Shown: piece by piece, positions 46,038 through 54,940 of the stretch
Numbering within the stretch: the stretch's first letter is position 1
Layout of the letters: every line of letters begins with the position of its first letter
Virus record (IMG/VR): IMGVR_UViG_3300032242_000818
Location: 32,001-96,000 of that record
DNA from: a virus
Length of the DNA: 64,000 nt
Strand: one strand, 5' to 3'
Position numbers and translations under genes: made by a program
The notes under the pieces: model-generated
The model's database searches: none
What the model saw: only the letters and a program-made list of their open reading frames with translations
What the model was told of the DNA's origin: nothing

Positions 46038-46438
46038 TATTTTGTTTTCTCAGCTAATTCTTTATACCCTGCCCATGATGGATGGACACCATCTGGTTGC
46101 ATACGATCTGTTCTTAGAATAACATCGTTATATTCGTTTGCCACATGCCAGACTGCTGACTGCGCCTTTGGAAACTTATCACTTGGCATTACCCAGTAAA
46201 CTCTCTGAGCATTTGTTAGTTGACGGATAGTTCGTAATTCTTCTTCAGTGTTCTTTACGTATGCGTCATTTGAACCAAGTGAGATAATAACATGACGTGC
46301 TTGAAGTGGTGTGTTCTTAATATTTGTATTTAACCATTGATGAGAATTAATTCCACCTTTAGAATACGAAACACATTCTTTCCTTACGTTGGCAATTCCA
46401 ACTGCTATTGAATCTCCTGCAATTAAACATTCTAACAT
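46037..46438 (-). CDS. SGNH/GDSL hydrolase-like protein
   Basis: GDSI, SLGSND, DGVHP...GY. Confidence 0.8.
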   Translation of the reverse strand: MLECLIAGDSIAVGIANVRKECVSYSKGGINSHQWLNTNIKNTPLQARHVIISLGSNDAYVKNTEEELRTIRQLTNAQRVYWVMPSDKFPKAQSAVWHVANEYNDVILRTDRMQPDGVHPSWAGYKELAEKTK

Positions 46439-47007
46439 TAGTTTTTCCCATACATTAACATCATAGCATCAAGAGCACAGTCATGAACAGGGTGATGCTT
46501 AATGACTTGTGCTCGCTCAAATAAAGGATGGTTCACTTCACAATAACCATTAGTTCCACCACTGAGTAAATCAACAGCAGTTCTAACATCCCTCCACATA
46601 TTATACCCAGTAATAGGTTGCATGTCAAGTTTTTTAGCGAGAGAATCAATAGCCATCTGATCAAGAGAACCTCTTGCCCACATAGTCTGACCATTTGCAT
46701 TAATAAACTTGTTCATATAGTTATGCAATTCTTTAAGTGCATCTTCTGCAAACATATCTACTGAGTTTGCATCAAACGATACGCTGCGAACATATTCATG
46801 CTGGTTCGCCCACCATTCTAGTGTTCCAACATCAACAGTTCGACCAAGACGTTTCGCTTGATCCTTTGCGTTTAACTTAACAAAGCAAGCACTATCTAAC
46901 AAGTCTTGGTAGGTTGGACGTTTCTCTGGATCAAAGTGAATCAATGCTGCTGAAAGAATAACTGCATTAGATTCAACACCCAAAGTTTCTACGTCAAATA
47001 TAAACAT
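46438..47007 (-). CDS. dexA: DEDD 3'-5' exonuclease (DexA-like)
   Basis: FDVETLG, WW..Q, WARG..D, RDVRT, H.PVHDCALD. Confidence 0.8.
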   Translation of the reverse strand: MFIFDVETLGVESNAVILSAALIHFDPEKRPTYQDLLDSACFVKLNAKDQAKRLGRTVDVGTLEWWANQHEYVRSVSFDANSVDMFAEDALKELHNYMNKFINANGQTMWARGSLDQMAIDSLAKKLDMQPITGYNMWRDVRTAVDLLSGGTNGYCEVNHPLFERAQVIKHHPVHDCALDAMMLMYGKN

Positions 47008-47300
47008 TAAAAGTCCCTCGTTTCACCATCTTTAGTAAAGAATGCTTTGATCTTTTGTTCTTCTGTCCAGCCTTGACAATAATCATTATCTACATCACAA
47101 ATATCAAGTGCTTCTAGTTCTGAAACTACTCGATGACTTGTGATTGTTTCACCAAGATATTTCTGAGAGAATTCTTTTGGACGCTCCATTGTTACATCAT
47201 CAAGTGCATATTCTGGATGCGCTTGATCAACTTCAACCATATATCGTTGACGAAACATTCCAATCGTCTCAACCATAACCCATACTTTATCACTCATCAA
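47007..47300 (-). CDS. hypothetical protein
   Basis: FR.RY.VE, ALD.VTM, EFSQ..LGE. Confidence 0.65.
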   Translation of the reverse strand: MMSDKVWVMVETIGMFRQRYMVEVDQAHPEYALDDVTMERPKEFSQKYLGETITSHRVVSELEALDICDVDNDYCQGWTEEQKIKAFFTKDGETRDF

Positions 47301-47658
47301 TCATCTCCTTAGTTAAAGCCAGCGAGTTTTTCAATGCCTTTTCAGCAACTCGCAATCCATATTCCATCTCATGATTCTTTCGTCTAGCAAGTCTCAAATC
47401 ATTACGAGTTTTTTGATTCTCTTCATACAACTCTGTGGTATCTTTCTTAAGTTTCTCAACCCAATCATTTACTTTATGAATTGTTACCCAAGTACCATCT
47501 GCTAGTTTAGTATGACCATCACGAATACGAAATTCGTCAGTCCATCTTTCAGTATTTTTATAACTTGGCATTGGTTCAAACAAAAACAATTCTTGTTGCT
47601 GTAGTTTCTGTAAAAGAACATCAAAGTTCTTTTCCATATTTTCTTTACCATAAAACAT
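47290..47658 (-). CDS. hypothetical protein
   Basis: 122 aa, C-terminal coiled coil. Confidence 0.6.
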   Translation of the reverse strand: MFYGKENMEKNFDVLLQKLQQQELFLFEPMPSYKNTERWTDEFRIRDGHTKLADGTWVTIHKVNDWVEKLKKDTTELYEENQKTRNDLRLARRKNHEMEYGLRVAEKALKNSLALTKEMIDE

Positions 47659-48194
47659 TATTCATCTCCTTCATCTTCATCAGACTGATATTCTTCAGTA
47701 CGACCAGCCATTGCTGCATGGATATCGCAAAGAGTACGATGCCAACCATCAGTATAAGTTTTACCTGGACTACCGCATTCTTCACAAGTGCGATAACTAA
47801 AATTCTCAGCAACTGAAATATAATTCCAGTGCTTATCGGTTGCTCCATTAACATAGAAACGAAGTCCACCGAACTTTTCTTTTACTTGAGAAGCCACTGG
47901 AACCTTAACAGTTTCTTCATCAAGTTTTGCTTTGGCTTCATCGATTGCTTCTTGTGTTACGAGTTTAGTGCCATAGAGAACACCACCAACACCAACATCA
48001 ACAAGATAATCATAACGACTCTTCGCTTGGCGATAATCACCATACAACATCCCACAAAGAACATCAAGGATATTATACCAACCATCACCATGTGAGAAAC
48101 CCCAGCACATGGCTGTGTGTTGCATATTCTCATTTCGATCTTTAAAGATCAGCGGATATTTTGCACAGAGTGCTTCATCAAGTTCTTTTCTCAT
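47658..48194 (-). CDS. conserved phage protein with Zn ribbon
   Basis: GDGW, QVKEKFGGLRFY, CEECG...W..TLC..H. Confidence 0.75.
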   Translation of the reverse strand: MRKELDEALCAKYPLIFKDRNENMQHTAMCWGFSHGDGWYNILDVLCGMLYGDYRQAKSRYDYLVDVGVGGVLYGTKLVTQEAIDEAKAKLDEETVKVPVASQVKEKFGGLRFYVNGATDKHWNYISVAENFSYRTCEECGSPGKTYTDGWHRTLCDIHAAMAGRTEEYQSDEDEGDE

Positions 48195-49702
48195 ACTGCT
48201 CCAATCATTTGTTTATACATCATCAATCTCATATCATTCAATACTGGAATATTATACATTCTCTGCAATTCAACTTCAGTATAGGTGGTAATATGTTCAA
48301 GGGGGATACCCAGAGCAAGATATGATATTACTTGAAAATCTGGAACTAAAGTTTTATTACCCATACTTCTGCTAAAGTTATCTGCAATCTGAGAACACAT
48401 TCTAAAATTTAAACCCTGTTCTTCATGAACCCATCCATCATTATTAAATGTGTAACCATAGATTTCAGGATTCATTGCAAACTCAGAACCATAAAGATTA
48501 ACACCTTTTGTTTTATCTGTTATGTGTAAAGCATTAAATGATGTATGTTGTACTGGGTATTCATCGCTATGGACATATTCCCAAAGTTCTTCAAAATATT
48601 TTTCATCATCATATGGCAATCCGATAATTAAACCTACACCAGTATTAACTTTACCTTTCCATTTTTCACGAACCCATTTTAATCTTTCTTTAACTCTATC
48701 TGGATGAAGTCCTTTACCAATTGCTTTTGCGCTCTTATGATTAAACGATTCAATACCAAAGAAGTTGCCAACTAATCCTGCCTCAAGAAGTAAATCTGCT
48801 TGGTGTGGGAACCTATCAATCAAATCAAGTCTTAAGAATGCAGAAAATTTTGGTTTGAATGGCAATGATGTAAACAACTTATAAAATTCTTCCATCTTAT
48901 CATTATCATCATTGAAGGTATCGTCAGTTATGTAATATGAATCAGTTCCTCTAGTTTCCCAGAGTTTAACTAACTCATCACGAACCTCTTCCATATCTCT
49001 AATGTAAGTGCCTTTCTTTTTACCAAGTAAAGGATAAGAACAAAATTTACATTTGAAAATACAACCACGAGCAAATTCAATAGGCAATCCCTCACCTGGA
49101 AGAAGATGCACATCATCATCATGATAAAATGTTTGTAACTGATCCATTTGTGGTTCTGGATATTTACCTGAGTCTATAATGATAGAAGTCTTACCATCAA
49201 TAACCTTCTCAGTAAAATTTTCTAGTTTATCTTTTTTACCAGCAAGAAAATTAGTAAGATCAACTGAAGACACATCCCCATATCCAGCAACATAATAATC
49301 TACCTGATGATCCGCATGAGCAAGTAAAGCATATGCGCCACCAAAAACAATCTTGGCTGAACTGGTAGCCTTAACATAATCATAGATTTTAGAAATCTTT
49401 TCATATGATGTACTTTGATACATCTTTAAAAGATTATCATTGATCATGGCTACCTTACCATCTCTACGTGCATAGAAGAAGGTAGAAGAGTATCCAACCC
49501 AAAGAGTTTCTGGTGTAAGAACTTTTTCTATTGCATTAATGACTTCTTCAGCAGACATATACTGAGTATAGTCAATAACAACTGCACTATACCCATGCTT
49601 CTTCAATTCTGATGTAATCCTGTAAGGTCCAAGAGACCTTTGAATCCTAGGAAAGATTGGGTCATTATGTTTAGACCCACTCAGAATAATTACATCTGCC
49701 AT
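48191..49702 (-). CDS. cobalamin-binding (class B-like) radical SAM enzyme
   Basis: N-terminal B12-binding-like domain (VG.S, VFGG, GYG), RGCIFKCKFC, DDTFND, GIES, IIGLP. Confidence 0.85.
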   Translation of the reverse strand: MADVIILSGSKHNDPIFPRIQRSLGPYRITSELKKHGYSAVVIDYTQYMSAEEVINAIEKVLTPETLWVGYSSTFFYARRDGKVAMINDNLLKMYQSTSYEKISKIYDYVKATSSAKIVFGGAYALLAHADHQVDYYVAGYGDVSSVDLTNFLAGKKDKLENFTEKVIDGKTSIIIDSGKYPEPQMDQLQTFYHDDDVHLLPGEGLPIEFARGCIFKCKFCSYPLLGKKKGTYIRDMEEVRDELVKLWETRGTDSYYITDDTFNDDNDKMEEFYKLFTSLPFKPKFSAFLRLDLIDRFPHQADLLLEAGLVGNFFGIESFNHKSAKAIGKGLHPDRVKERLKWVREKWKGKVNTGVGLIIGLPYDDEKYFEELWEYVHSDEYPVQHTSFNALHITDKTKGVNLYGSEFAMNPEIYGYTFNNDGWVHEEQGLNFRMCSQIADNFSRSMGNKTLVPDFQVISYLALGIPLEHITTYTEVELQRMYNIPVLNDMRLMMYKQMIGAV

Positions 49703-50061
49703 CAACCCCAAGTCCTATGATTTTCTGCTACGTGTTCCATTCCATCATAGTCGTGGATATGCCATTCCACATCGTCAGGAATTTCAACGATAGCAATATC
49801 CGCAGCCCAACTATTTGCTGCAGTGCCCATCTCTTCAATAACTGCGATCAAATCTGGATCAGATCTATTGTTACAGAAGTCATAGTCGCTTAGATAATGA
49901 TCATCGTCGCCAGAATGACCTGCTTCAAAATAAGAGTTACCCAACAGTCTGGATTCATTCTCTACTTTGTCAAAGGCAATACCTTTACGATCAAGTAGTT
50001 TCTCAAATGCTTCATTTGAGATACCAAACCCACCAAAACAACGATTGATTGCTACTTTCAT
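49702..50061 (-). CDS. conserved phage hypothetical protein
   Basis: IN.CFGGFG.S, R.DP.L..V.E, IVEIPDD, YDG.E. Confidence 0.75.
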   Translation of the reverse strand: MKVAINRCFGGFGISNEAFEKLLDRKGIAFDKVENESRLLGNSYFEAGHSGDDDHYLSDYDFCNNRSDPDLIAVIEEMGTAANSWAADIAIVEIPDDVEWHIHDYDGMEHVAENHRTWG

Positions 50062-51356
50062 TTTATATCCTTTGAATAATCTGCTTCATCTTTATCATCA
50101 CGAATCTCAACAAAGATTGGCAGGAATAAACTTTCATCACCCAACTTGTTCTTAATTCTACAATTATACTTGATTGAAACAATTTTGTCAACTATTTCTT
50201 GACCATAACTCTTGCGTTGAGCATCAGTCAATCCAGAACCTACACTTACCTTAACTATACCATCAGCTGATTCGCAAATTAAAGAACCAAGCATTCCTGC
50301 ATACTTACCAGTGCCTTCTTCGATTGCAACAATCTTAAGATCGCATTCTAGTTCACCTTTGAATTTAATCTGATGCTTTGCACGCTTATCTTCCCATGGA
50401 CCACTACCATCTTTGAGAATAATGCCTTCATAACCCTCTGAAAGATATTGTTCAAAAATAACAAACGCTTCTCTATATGTTTGCACAATGGTACTGGTCA
50501 CAGTCCAAATCTTTTTACCTTCAGACTTTTGGTTTGATACAATCGCTTCAAGGGTTGAGAATCGTTTTGAGTATGGGGTTAGGCATTTACCATCAGCAAA
50601 GTATGCATAAGGAATTAAATCCCAAACAGAAGCATGAACCATTGCTGCTTCTTCTTCAGAGATAGTTCCTTTGTTGGCTTTGTTTAAGATTCCATTGCCA
50701 GTCTGGCGATCAGCAAACTGATAATCACCATCAAGCATAACCAATAACTCACCATCGAACACACAATCGACAGAGCCAGCAAGAGCAATAAATTCTTGCT
50801 CAAGGTTACCAAGTAATAAAATTTCTTTTCCATTTCTACTCCTAAATTCACATTTACCATCTCTGACGATTGCGTTGAAGCGCATGCCGTCCATTTTCAT
50901 TTGTGCGTACGCTGGGAAATTTATCTTGTCTACGAGTTTCTGCTCGAATGGGCTGCACAACATTACGGGATATTCGCTCACCAAACCAGTCCACACTGCG
51001 TTTGCGGTTGATACTTGAACCCCACATTTTAAATCCTTTTGAATAATTCGCTCAATAACTTTAGCATTACAAGAATCTAAGTCGCTTAGAATCTCAGTCA
51101 ATCGTTGAATTGCTGCATTACCTGTAACTTCTCTACTGGATAAATCATAAAGACTATCAATTGCGTGCTTCAAACAACCCTTGCCGTTGGCAGTATATGC
51201 AGGAATCTTGCGCTGATAGAATTGAGTGAATGGATCAAGAGCCAAACGAATGACTTCTCGAAGCATCTCATTATCTTTATTCTTTTCCAACTGCTCAATT
51301 TTGTAATTACGTGATGCATTTGCAGCAAGATCATTTAAAAAAATATTGATATTCAT
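50058..51356 (-). CDS. gp30: ATP-dependent DNA ligase (T4 gp30-like)
   Basis: KMDGMR, FDGEL, EGIILK, KFK, VGSG, LFLP.F...R.DK. Confidence 0.97.
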   Translation of the reverse strand: MNINIFLNDLAANASRNYKIEQLEKNKDNEMLREVIRLALDPFTQFYQRKIPAYTANGKGCLKHAIDSLYDLSSREVTGNAAIQRLTEILSDLDSCNAKVIERIIQKDLKCGVQVSTANAVWTGLVSEYPVMLCSPFEQKLVDKINFPAYAQMKMDGMRFNAIVRDGKCEFRSRNGKEILLLGNLEQEFIALAGSVDCVFDGELLVMLDGDYQFADRQTGNGILNKANKGTISEEEAAMVHASVWDLIPYAYFADGKCLTPYSKRFSTLEAIVSNQKSEGKKIWTVTSTIVQTYREAFVIFEQYLSEGYEGIILKDGSGPWEDKRAKHQIKFKGELECDLKIVAIEEGTGKYAGMLGSLICESADGIVKVSVGSGLTDAQRKSYGQEIVDKIVSIKYNCRIKNKLGDESLFLPIFVEIRDDKDEADYSKDIK

Positions 51357-51541
51357 TTATGTTTCAACTCCTTGAATTTTCTATATCTCATATCAAAACG
51401 AATTGGCTTGATAAACTTCTTTACCTCACCAGTGTTCACATTATAGAAAGCAACCATCTTTGACTTATCATCAGTCAAGTAATAGATATGGTTGGTTACG
51501 TTCCCAACCCAATCTGAAGTTATCTCTTGGAAGACCCTCAT
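51353..51541 (-). CDS. hypothetical protein
   Basis: start MRVFQEIT at 51541 (AAGGA RBS, ATGA overlap); NH.Y, F..PI.FD.R.RKF. Confidence 0.65.
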   Translation of the reverse strand: MRVFQEITSDWVGNVTNHIYYLTDDKSKMVAFYNVNTGEVKKFIKPIRFDMRYRKFKELKHK

Positions 51542-51900
51542 GCTACTTCCTTGAGATAACCATAAGGTAAGCCAAACAAGTAGCAAGCATACTCAGCATC
51601 ACCACCTGCGTCAACAGAATCCATGAGCCAAGCGATAACACGAGCACGATTAGTGCCAGTGTGCATAAGGTTGGTGACCTTATCTTCAAATTTGAGGATC
51701 GCTTCTGCCTCATCAATTTTGCGACAAAGTTCTTCGTGCTCAATAGCAGTAGCGAGGACTTCAAATTCTTTCTCGAAGTCTTCCAGCGTCCACTCGCTGG
51801 TATCGATGCCACGTGGTCGAGTGCCGTAAGCATCTTTATACATATCCCAATAAGTGCATTGGGCTTGTTCAAGAGGTGACATTTCATTCCATGATAGCAT
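51538..51900 (-). CDS. hypothetical early protein
   Basis: YWD.YKDAYG.RPR, GLPYGY; AGGAG RBS. Confidence 0.7.
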   Translation of the reverse strand: MLSWNEMSPLEQAQCTYWDMYKDAYGTRPRGIDTSEWTLEDFEKEFEVLATAIEHEELCRKIDEAEAILKFEDKVTNLMHTGTNRARVIAWLMDSVDAGGDAEYACYLFGLPYGYLKEVA

Positions 51901-51914
51901 AGCGATCTCCTAGA

Positions 51915-52115
51915 TTAAACGAAAGACTTACGTGGAAAACCAACAGCGAAACCCGATGTTCCAGTGGAAGCAACTCGAGTTGTTTTTCCACGCATCAACA
52001 TCTTAGGTGCTTTACGGGATTTTACAACCTCAATAGAACCACCTTGTTTCAAAAACTTCTTCAGTGCTTTTTCAGTCTCAGCACGTAACTCGGTTTTGGA
52101 TTTATACATAGTCAT
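51915..52115 (-). CDS. small basic early protein
   Basis: AAGGA RBS, FLKQGG.I motif. Confidence 0.65.
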   Translation of the reverse strand: MTMYKSKTELRAETEKALKKFLKQGGSIEVVKSRKAPKMLMRGKTTRVASTGTSGFAVGFPRKSFV

Positions 52116-52139
52116 TTCCTTTTCATCATTTATACAACT

Positions 52140-52219
52140 ATTATACTCCAAGGTTGCATTAAAGTAAAGCGAAATGTTGAAAAACCCTACTAAAAGTAGG
52201 GTTTTGTAAGTTCTTGAAA
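52140..52219 (-). promoter_or_regulatory. sigma70-type early promoter with upstream inverted repeat and IHF-like site (copy 2)
   Basis: TTTACT-17 bp-TATAAT; AAACCCTAC-N5-GTAGGGTTT at 52182-52204; TTTCAAGAACTTA on minus strand. Confidence 0.8.
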
Positions 52220-52330
52220 AGTAAACCTTTTTTATTACTTTTTATAGCCCGAGAGAGCCTCTAGGCAGGTAGGGGTGGGTTATCCCCTGTTAGAAACCGT
52301 AAAACGTCCCTACGGTCGTTTTGGCACGTC

Positions 52331-52633
52331 CTACGAGACGATTTTTAGTCCGCTCAGGGCACTGGCGGAAACGACCTCAATACCCGAGCCAAAGATTCGG
52401 TTATATTCGTTCGCCATATTTGGGGCTGGGATACCCTCAGTGGCGATTGCGGTAGCGTAAAGGGTAATGTCGCTTTCAGCGTATGGCATGTATGGAGCAA
52501 GTCCAACACCAACACCTTTTTCTGTTTGCTGAATTACGATTGCAGCTGGATCGCTTAATGTATAACCAAGTTCAGTTAATTCAGTCTTGGCGATAATCTC
52601 TTCACCATTCAATAGTTTAAAAACTTTAATCAT
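52331..52633 (-). CDS. conserved T4-like small protein (Sm-like fold suspected)
   Basis: KL.NGEEII, L.PYMPY, Y...FGSGI. Confidence 0.7.
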   Translation of the reverse strand: MIKVFKLLNGEEIIAKTELTELGYTLSDPAAIVIQQTEKGVGVGLAPYMPYAESDITLYATAIATEGIPAPNMANEYNRIFGSGIEVVSASALSGLKIVS

Positions 52634-52634
52634 A

Positions 52635-52838
52635 TTATTCCTCTATCATGTATTCAATAAAATCTGCTGCTTGGTTTTGATCATGGAAGTATTGCATAAC
52701 AATTTTATCCATATCATATACATGTTGCATAAAAACTAGAATCTGTTTATTTTTATAAACAGATACCTTGAGCATCCAATTCCCTCTGCGAACCAGAAAG
52801 AAAGAGATTAGGTTTGGTGATAGTTTTGCTTTCATCAT
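52635..52838 (-). CDS. hypothetical protein
   Basis: 67 aa, preceded by CTAAATA at 52845-52851. Confidence 0.6.
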   Translation of the reverse strand: MMKAKLSPNLISFFLVRRGNWMLKVSVYKNKQILVFMQHVYDMDKIVMQYFHDQNQAADFIEYMIEE

Positions 52839-52848
52839 AACAAGTATT

Positions 52849-52872
52849 TAGGGGAACTCGAAAGTCCCCCTA
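52849..52872 (-). terminator. stem-loop after rubredoxin
   Basis: TAGGGGGACT-TTCG-AGTTCCCCTA on minus strand (UUCG loop). Confidence 0.55.
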
Positions 52873-52886
52873 CTTGCTACGATTAC

Positions 52887-53024
52887 TTACAAAGTTTCGT
52901 ATTCGTCTTTGCCAACACCACACTCAGGACATTCAAAGTCAGCAGGAAGTTCATCCCACTTACCTTCTAAGTCTTCATCATGAACGTGACCACAGACTAT
53001 ACACATACGTACTAGTTCCATCAT
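52887..53024 (-). CDS. rubredoxin
   Basis: Hand translation MMELVRMCIVCGHVHDEDLEGKWDELPADFECPECGVGKDEYETL; not in ORF track. Confidence 0.9.
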   Translation of the reverse strand: MMELVRMCIVCGHVHDEDLEGKWDELPADFECPECGVGKDEYETL

Positions 53025-53473
53025 AAATCCTCCAAGACTTTTTTATAAGCATTAGCATGGCGCTCTTCAACTTTCTTTAAAGCATTGAAACGCTTTTCAG
53101 CTTTTGCTAAAACAGCCTTGAACTCTTGCGCATGTTCAAAAGATTCTTGGATCTGTCCACGCATTTCTTTTTCTGCATGCAGGTCTCCCTCTGAAACTGC
53201 AATCGCTTGGAACTGTGGATACATTTCTGTATACTCATAAGTCTCACCATCAATTGCTTTTTGTAAACATTCCTTAGTGGATGGTTTACCGATTAGCAAT
53301 TCTAGATGACCCCAAGCATGTTTAATCTCTTGATCAGCAGTATGTTCAAAGTGTTTTGCAACATCTTCGAATCCTTCTTCACGAGCGATCTTAGCAAAAT
53401 AACGATACTTGATATGAGCCATTGACTCACCAGCAAGCGCACTTTCAAGATTCTTTAATGTTGCAGAAGTCAT
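53021..53473 (-). CDS. rbr: rubrerythrin (short form, no fused rubredoxin)
   Basis: NL..A.AGES.A..KY..FA..A..EG, E..HA, GETYEY.EMYP, VEERHA. Confidence 0.93.
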   Translation of the reverse strand: MTSATLKNLESALAGESMAHIKYRYFAKIAREEGFEDVAKHFEHTADQEIKHAWGHLELLIGKPSTKECLQKAIDGETYEYTEMYPQFQAIAVSEGDLHAEKEMRGQIQESFEHAQEFKAVLAKAEKRFNALKKVEERHANAYKKVLEDL

Positions 53474-53622
53474 AGAAACCTCGACTTGTTATCATAAAAG
53501 TAACGAGTCCAATGTTCTACATCTGCAGCACTTGTTGGACGTTTGCTATTAATAAATTGTTCAAGCGCAGATTGCTCTCTTGGAAGGGTAAAGAAACTCT
53601 TTATTAGATCTAGAAAATTCAT
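53470..53622 (-). CDS. DUF3563-like small protein
   Basis: Hand translation ...QSALEQFINSKRPTSAADVEHWTRYF...; ATGA-coupled. Confidence 0.6.
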   Translation of the reverse strand: MNFLDLIKSFFTLPREQSALEQFINSKRPTSAADVEHWTRYFYDNKSRFL

Positions 53623-53726
53623 CTTCCGATCCCCCTTGTGATTGCTTCTGCTCTTGCTTTACGTGCCTCAGCGATAGATTCAAACATTGACATAGCAAAT
53701 CTTTTTAAAAATTTTAAAAATGCCAT
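53619..53726 (-). CDS. small hypothetical protein
   Basis: MAFLKIFKRFAMSMFESIAEARKARAEAITRGIGR; AAGGAG RBS. Confidence 0.55.
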   Translation of the reverse strand: MAFLKFLKRFAMSMFESIAEARKARAEAITRGIGR

Positions 53727-53727
53727 A

Positions 53728-54222
53728 TTATTCTCCTTCGTTAAGAACCTGTGGCTTACCAGCAGTTTTAATCTTAACTTTCTTTGGCTTTTGTTCTTCT
53801 GGAACTAAACGCTCCAAAGCAATCTTAAGCATACCATTGAACATTTCTGCGTTCTTTACTTCGATGTGATCATCGATAGCAAATGCGCGAGTAAAGGCAC
53901 GAGTAGCAATACCTTTGAACAAGAAGTTATCTTCTAGTGCATCAGTAGCTGCATCAACATTACCTTTAACAATCAACTTACCACCATCAATCTCAATATC
54001 GATCTCAGACTCACCGAAACCAGCAACTGCGATTTCAATCGTGTATGAGTTCTCATTATTCTTGCGAATGTTGTATGGTGGGTAGTTGGGGATATTTTTA
54101 GTTAGATCAGCATGCAATGTTTGGAATTGCTTTGCAGAATCTTCAAAACCGACAAAGAATTTGTCGAAATCTTTAAATGCATCTTGTGAAAAGAATGCGG
54201 GTACAAAAGTCTTATTGACCAT
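53728..54222 (-). CDS. hsp20: small heat shock protein (Hsp20/IbpA-like)
   Basis: NYPPYNI, IEIAVAGF, GIA.RAF.R.F, A...NG.L.I.L. Confidence 0.95.
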   Translation of the reverse strand: MVNKTFVPAFFSQDAFKDFDKFFVGFEDSAKQFQTLHADLTKNIPNYPPYNIRKNNENSYTIEIAVAGFGESEIDIEIDGGKLIVKGNVDAATDALEDNFLFKGIATRAFTRAFAIDDHIEVKNAEMFNGMLKIALERLVPEEQKPKKVKIKTAGKPQVLNEGE

Positions 54223-54360
54223 GAGTTTCTCCTATTAAGCGAGTAATAAATTTGACACCCCGAAGGCATGTCGATTAAATGCTGGTTACTGGTTCCAGCG
54301 ACAGCTTAACGTACTGACAGCTTTACCAACGATTCGTACTTAGCGGTCCTAAGGTGAATA
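54223..54360 (-). ncRNA. structured 5' leader of hsp20 ending in a ROSE-like thermometer hairpin
   Basis: hairpins CTTAG/CTAAG, GCTGG/CCAGC, GACATGCC-TTCG-GGGTGTC, and CTCGCTTAATAGGAG over the RBS. Confidence 0.55.
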
Positions 54361-54362
54361 CT

Positions 54363-54524
54363 TTACGCAGCTGGTGTTTCAGCAGCTGCAGCAATTGCTT
54401 CTGCTTGTGGGTCGCCTTGGTTTTTAATTTTAACAACCAATGAGGCAACTTCCTCGAAAGGATGCTTACCCAACACTGCAAGAATCATATTTACTTCATT
54501 AATTTCAAGTTCAAGTTTAATCAT
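54363..54524 (-). CDS. small hypothetical protein
   Basis: Hand translation MIKLELEINEVNMILAVLGKHPFEEV...; ATGA-coupled to regA. Confidence 0.65.
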   Translation of the reverse strand: MIKLELEINEVNMILAVLGKHPFEEVASLVVKIKNQGDPQAEAIAAAAETPAA

Positions 54525-54940
54525 TTTGATTTTTTTCCTATGTTATATTTCGGTACTAGTTCCCATTGATCCTTCTCTTTGAAGGACACAACTTTGATTT
54601 GCGAAAGAGATGCTTTCTGATCCGCTTGAGAATTATTTAGGATCTTTAATAGATCCCAATCCTGAAGCAACCCAGTAATCGCATTTCTACGCTCAATATC
54701 ACCTGCAGTGATATTCGATTCCTTACCGTCCAAAGCAAAGAGTTCTTTGAAATGAACGATAAAATACCTACCTTGCTTATGCAAGATATGGCAGGATTGG
54801 TATAATTTGTTTTCTTTCCTAGACGCGATTCCAATGCGAGTCAAAGTTTCACGAACCTTTAGGAAGTTGTCAGGTTCAGGTAAAACCACTTCAAGCATGG
54901 ACTCAGGGGTCCAGTCGTAATAAATCATTTCAACAGTCAT
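54521..54940 (-). CDS. regA: translational repressor RegA
   Basis: FLKVRETLTRIGIA, LYQSCHILHKQGRY.IVHFKELF, W.LVPKY.IG. Confidence 0.97.
   Translation of the reverse strand: MTVEMIYYDWTPESMLEVVLPEPDNFLKVRETLTRIGIASRKENKLYQSCHILHKQGRYFIVHFKELFALDGKESNITAGDIERRNAITGLLQDWDLLKILNNSQADQKASLSQIKVVSFKEKDQWELVPKYNIGKKSK

Noticed and set aside
51543-51887. 114-aa alternative frame over 51538-51900
   Set aside because: The main frame has the RBS and conserved motifs; no independent support
54223-54360. Known self-cleaving ribozyme or tRNA in the hsp20 leader
   Set aside because: Could not match hammerhead, twister, pistol or HDV cores or a cloverleaf by eye; kept only as an unclassified structure
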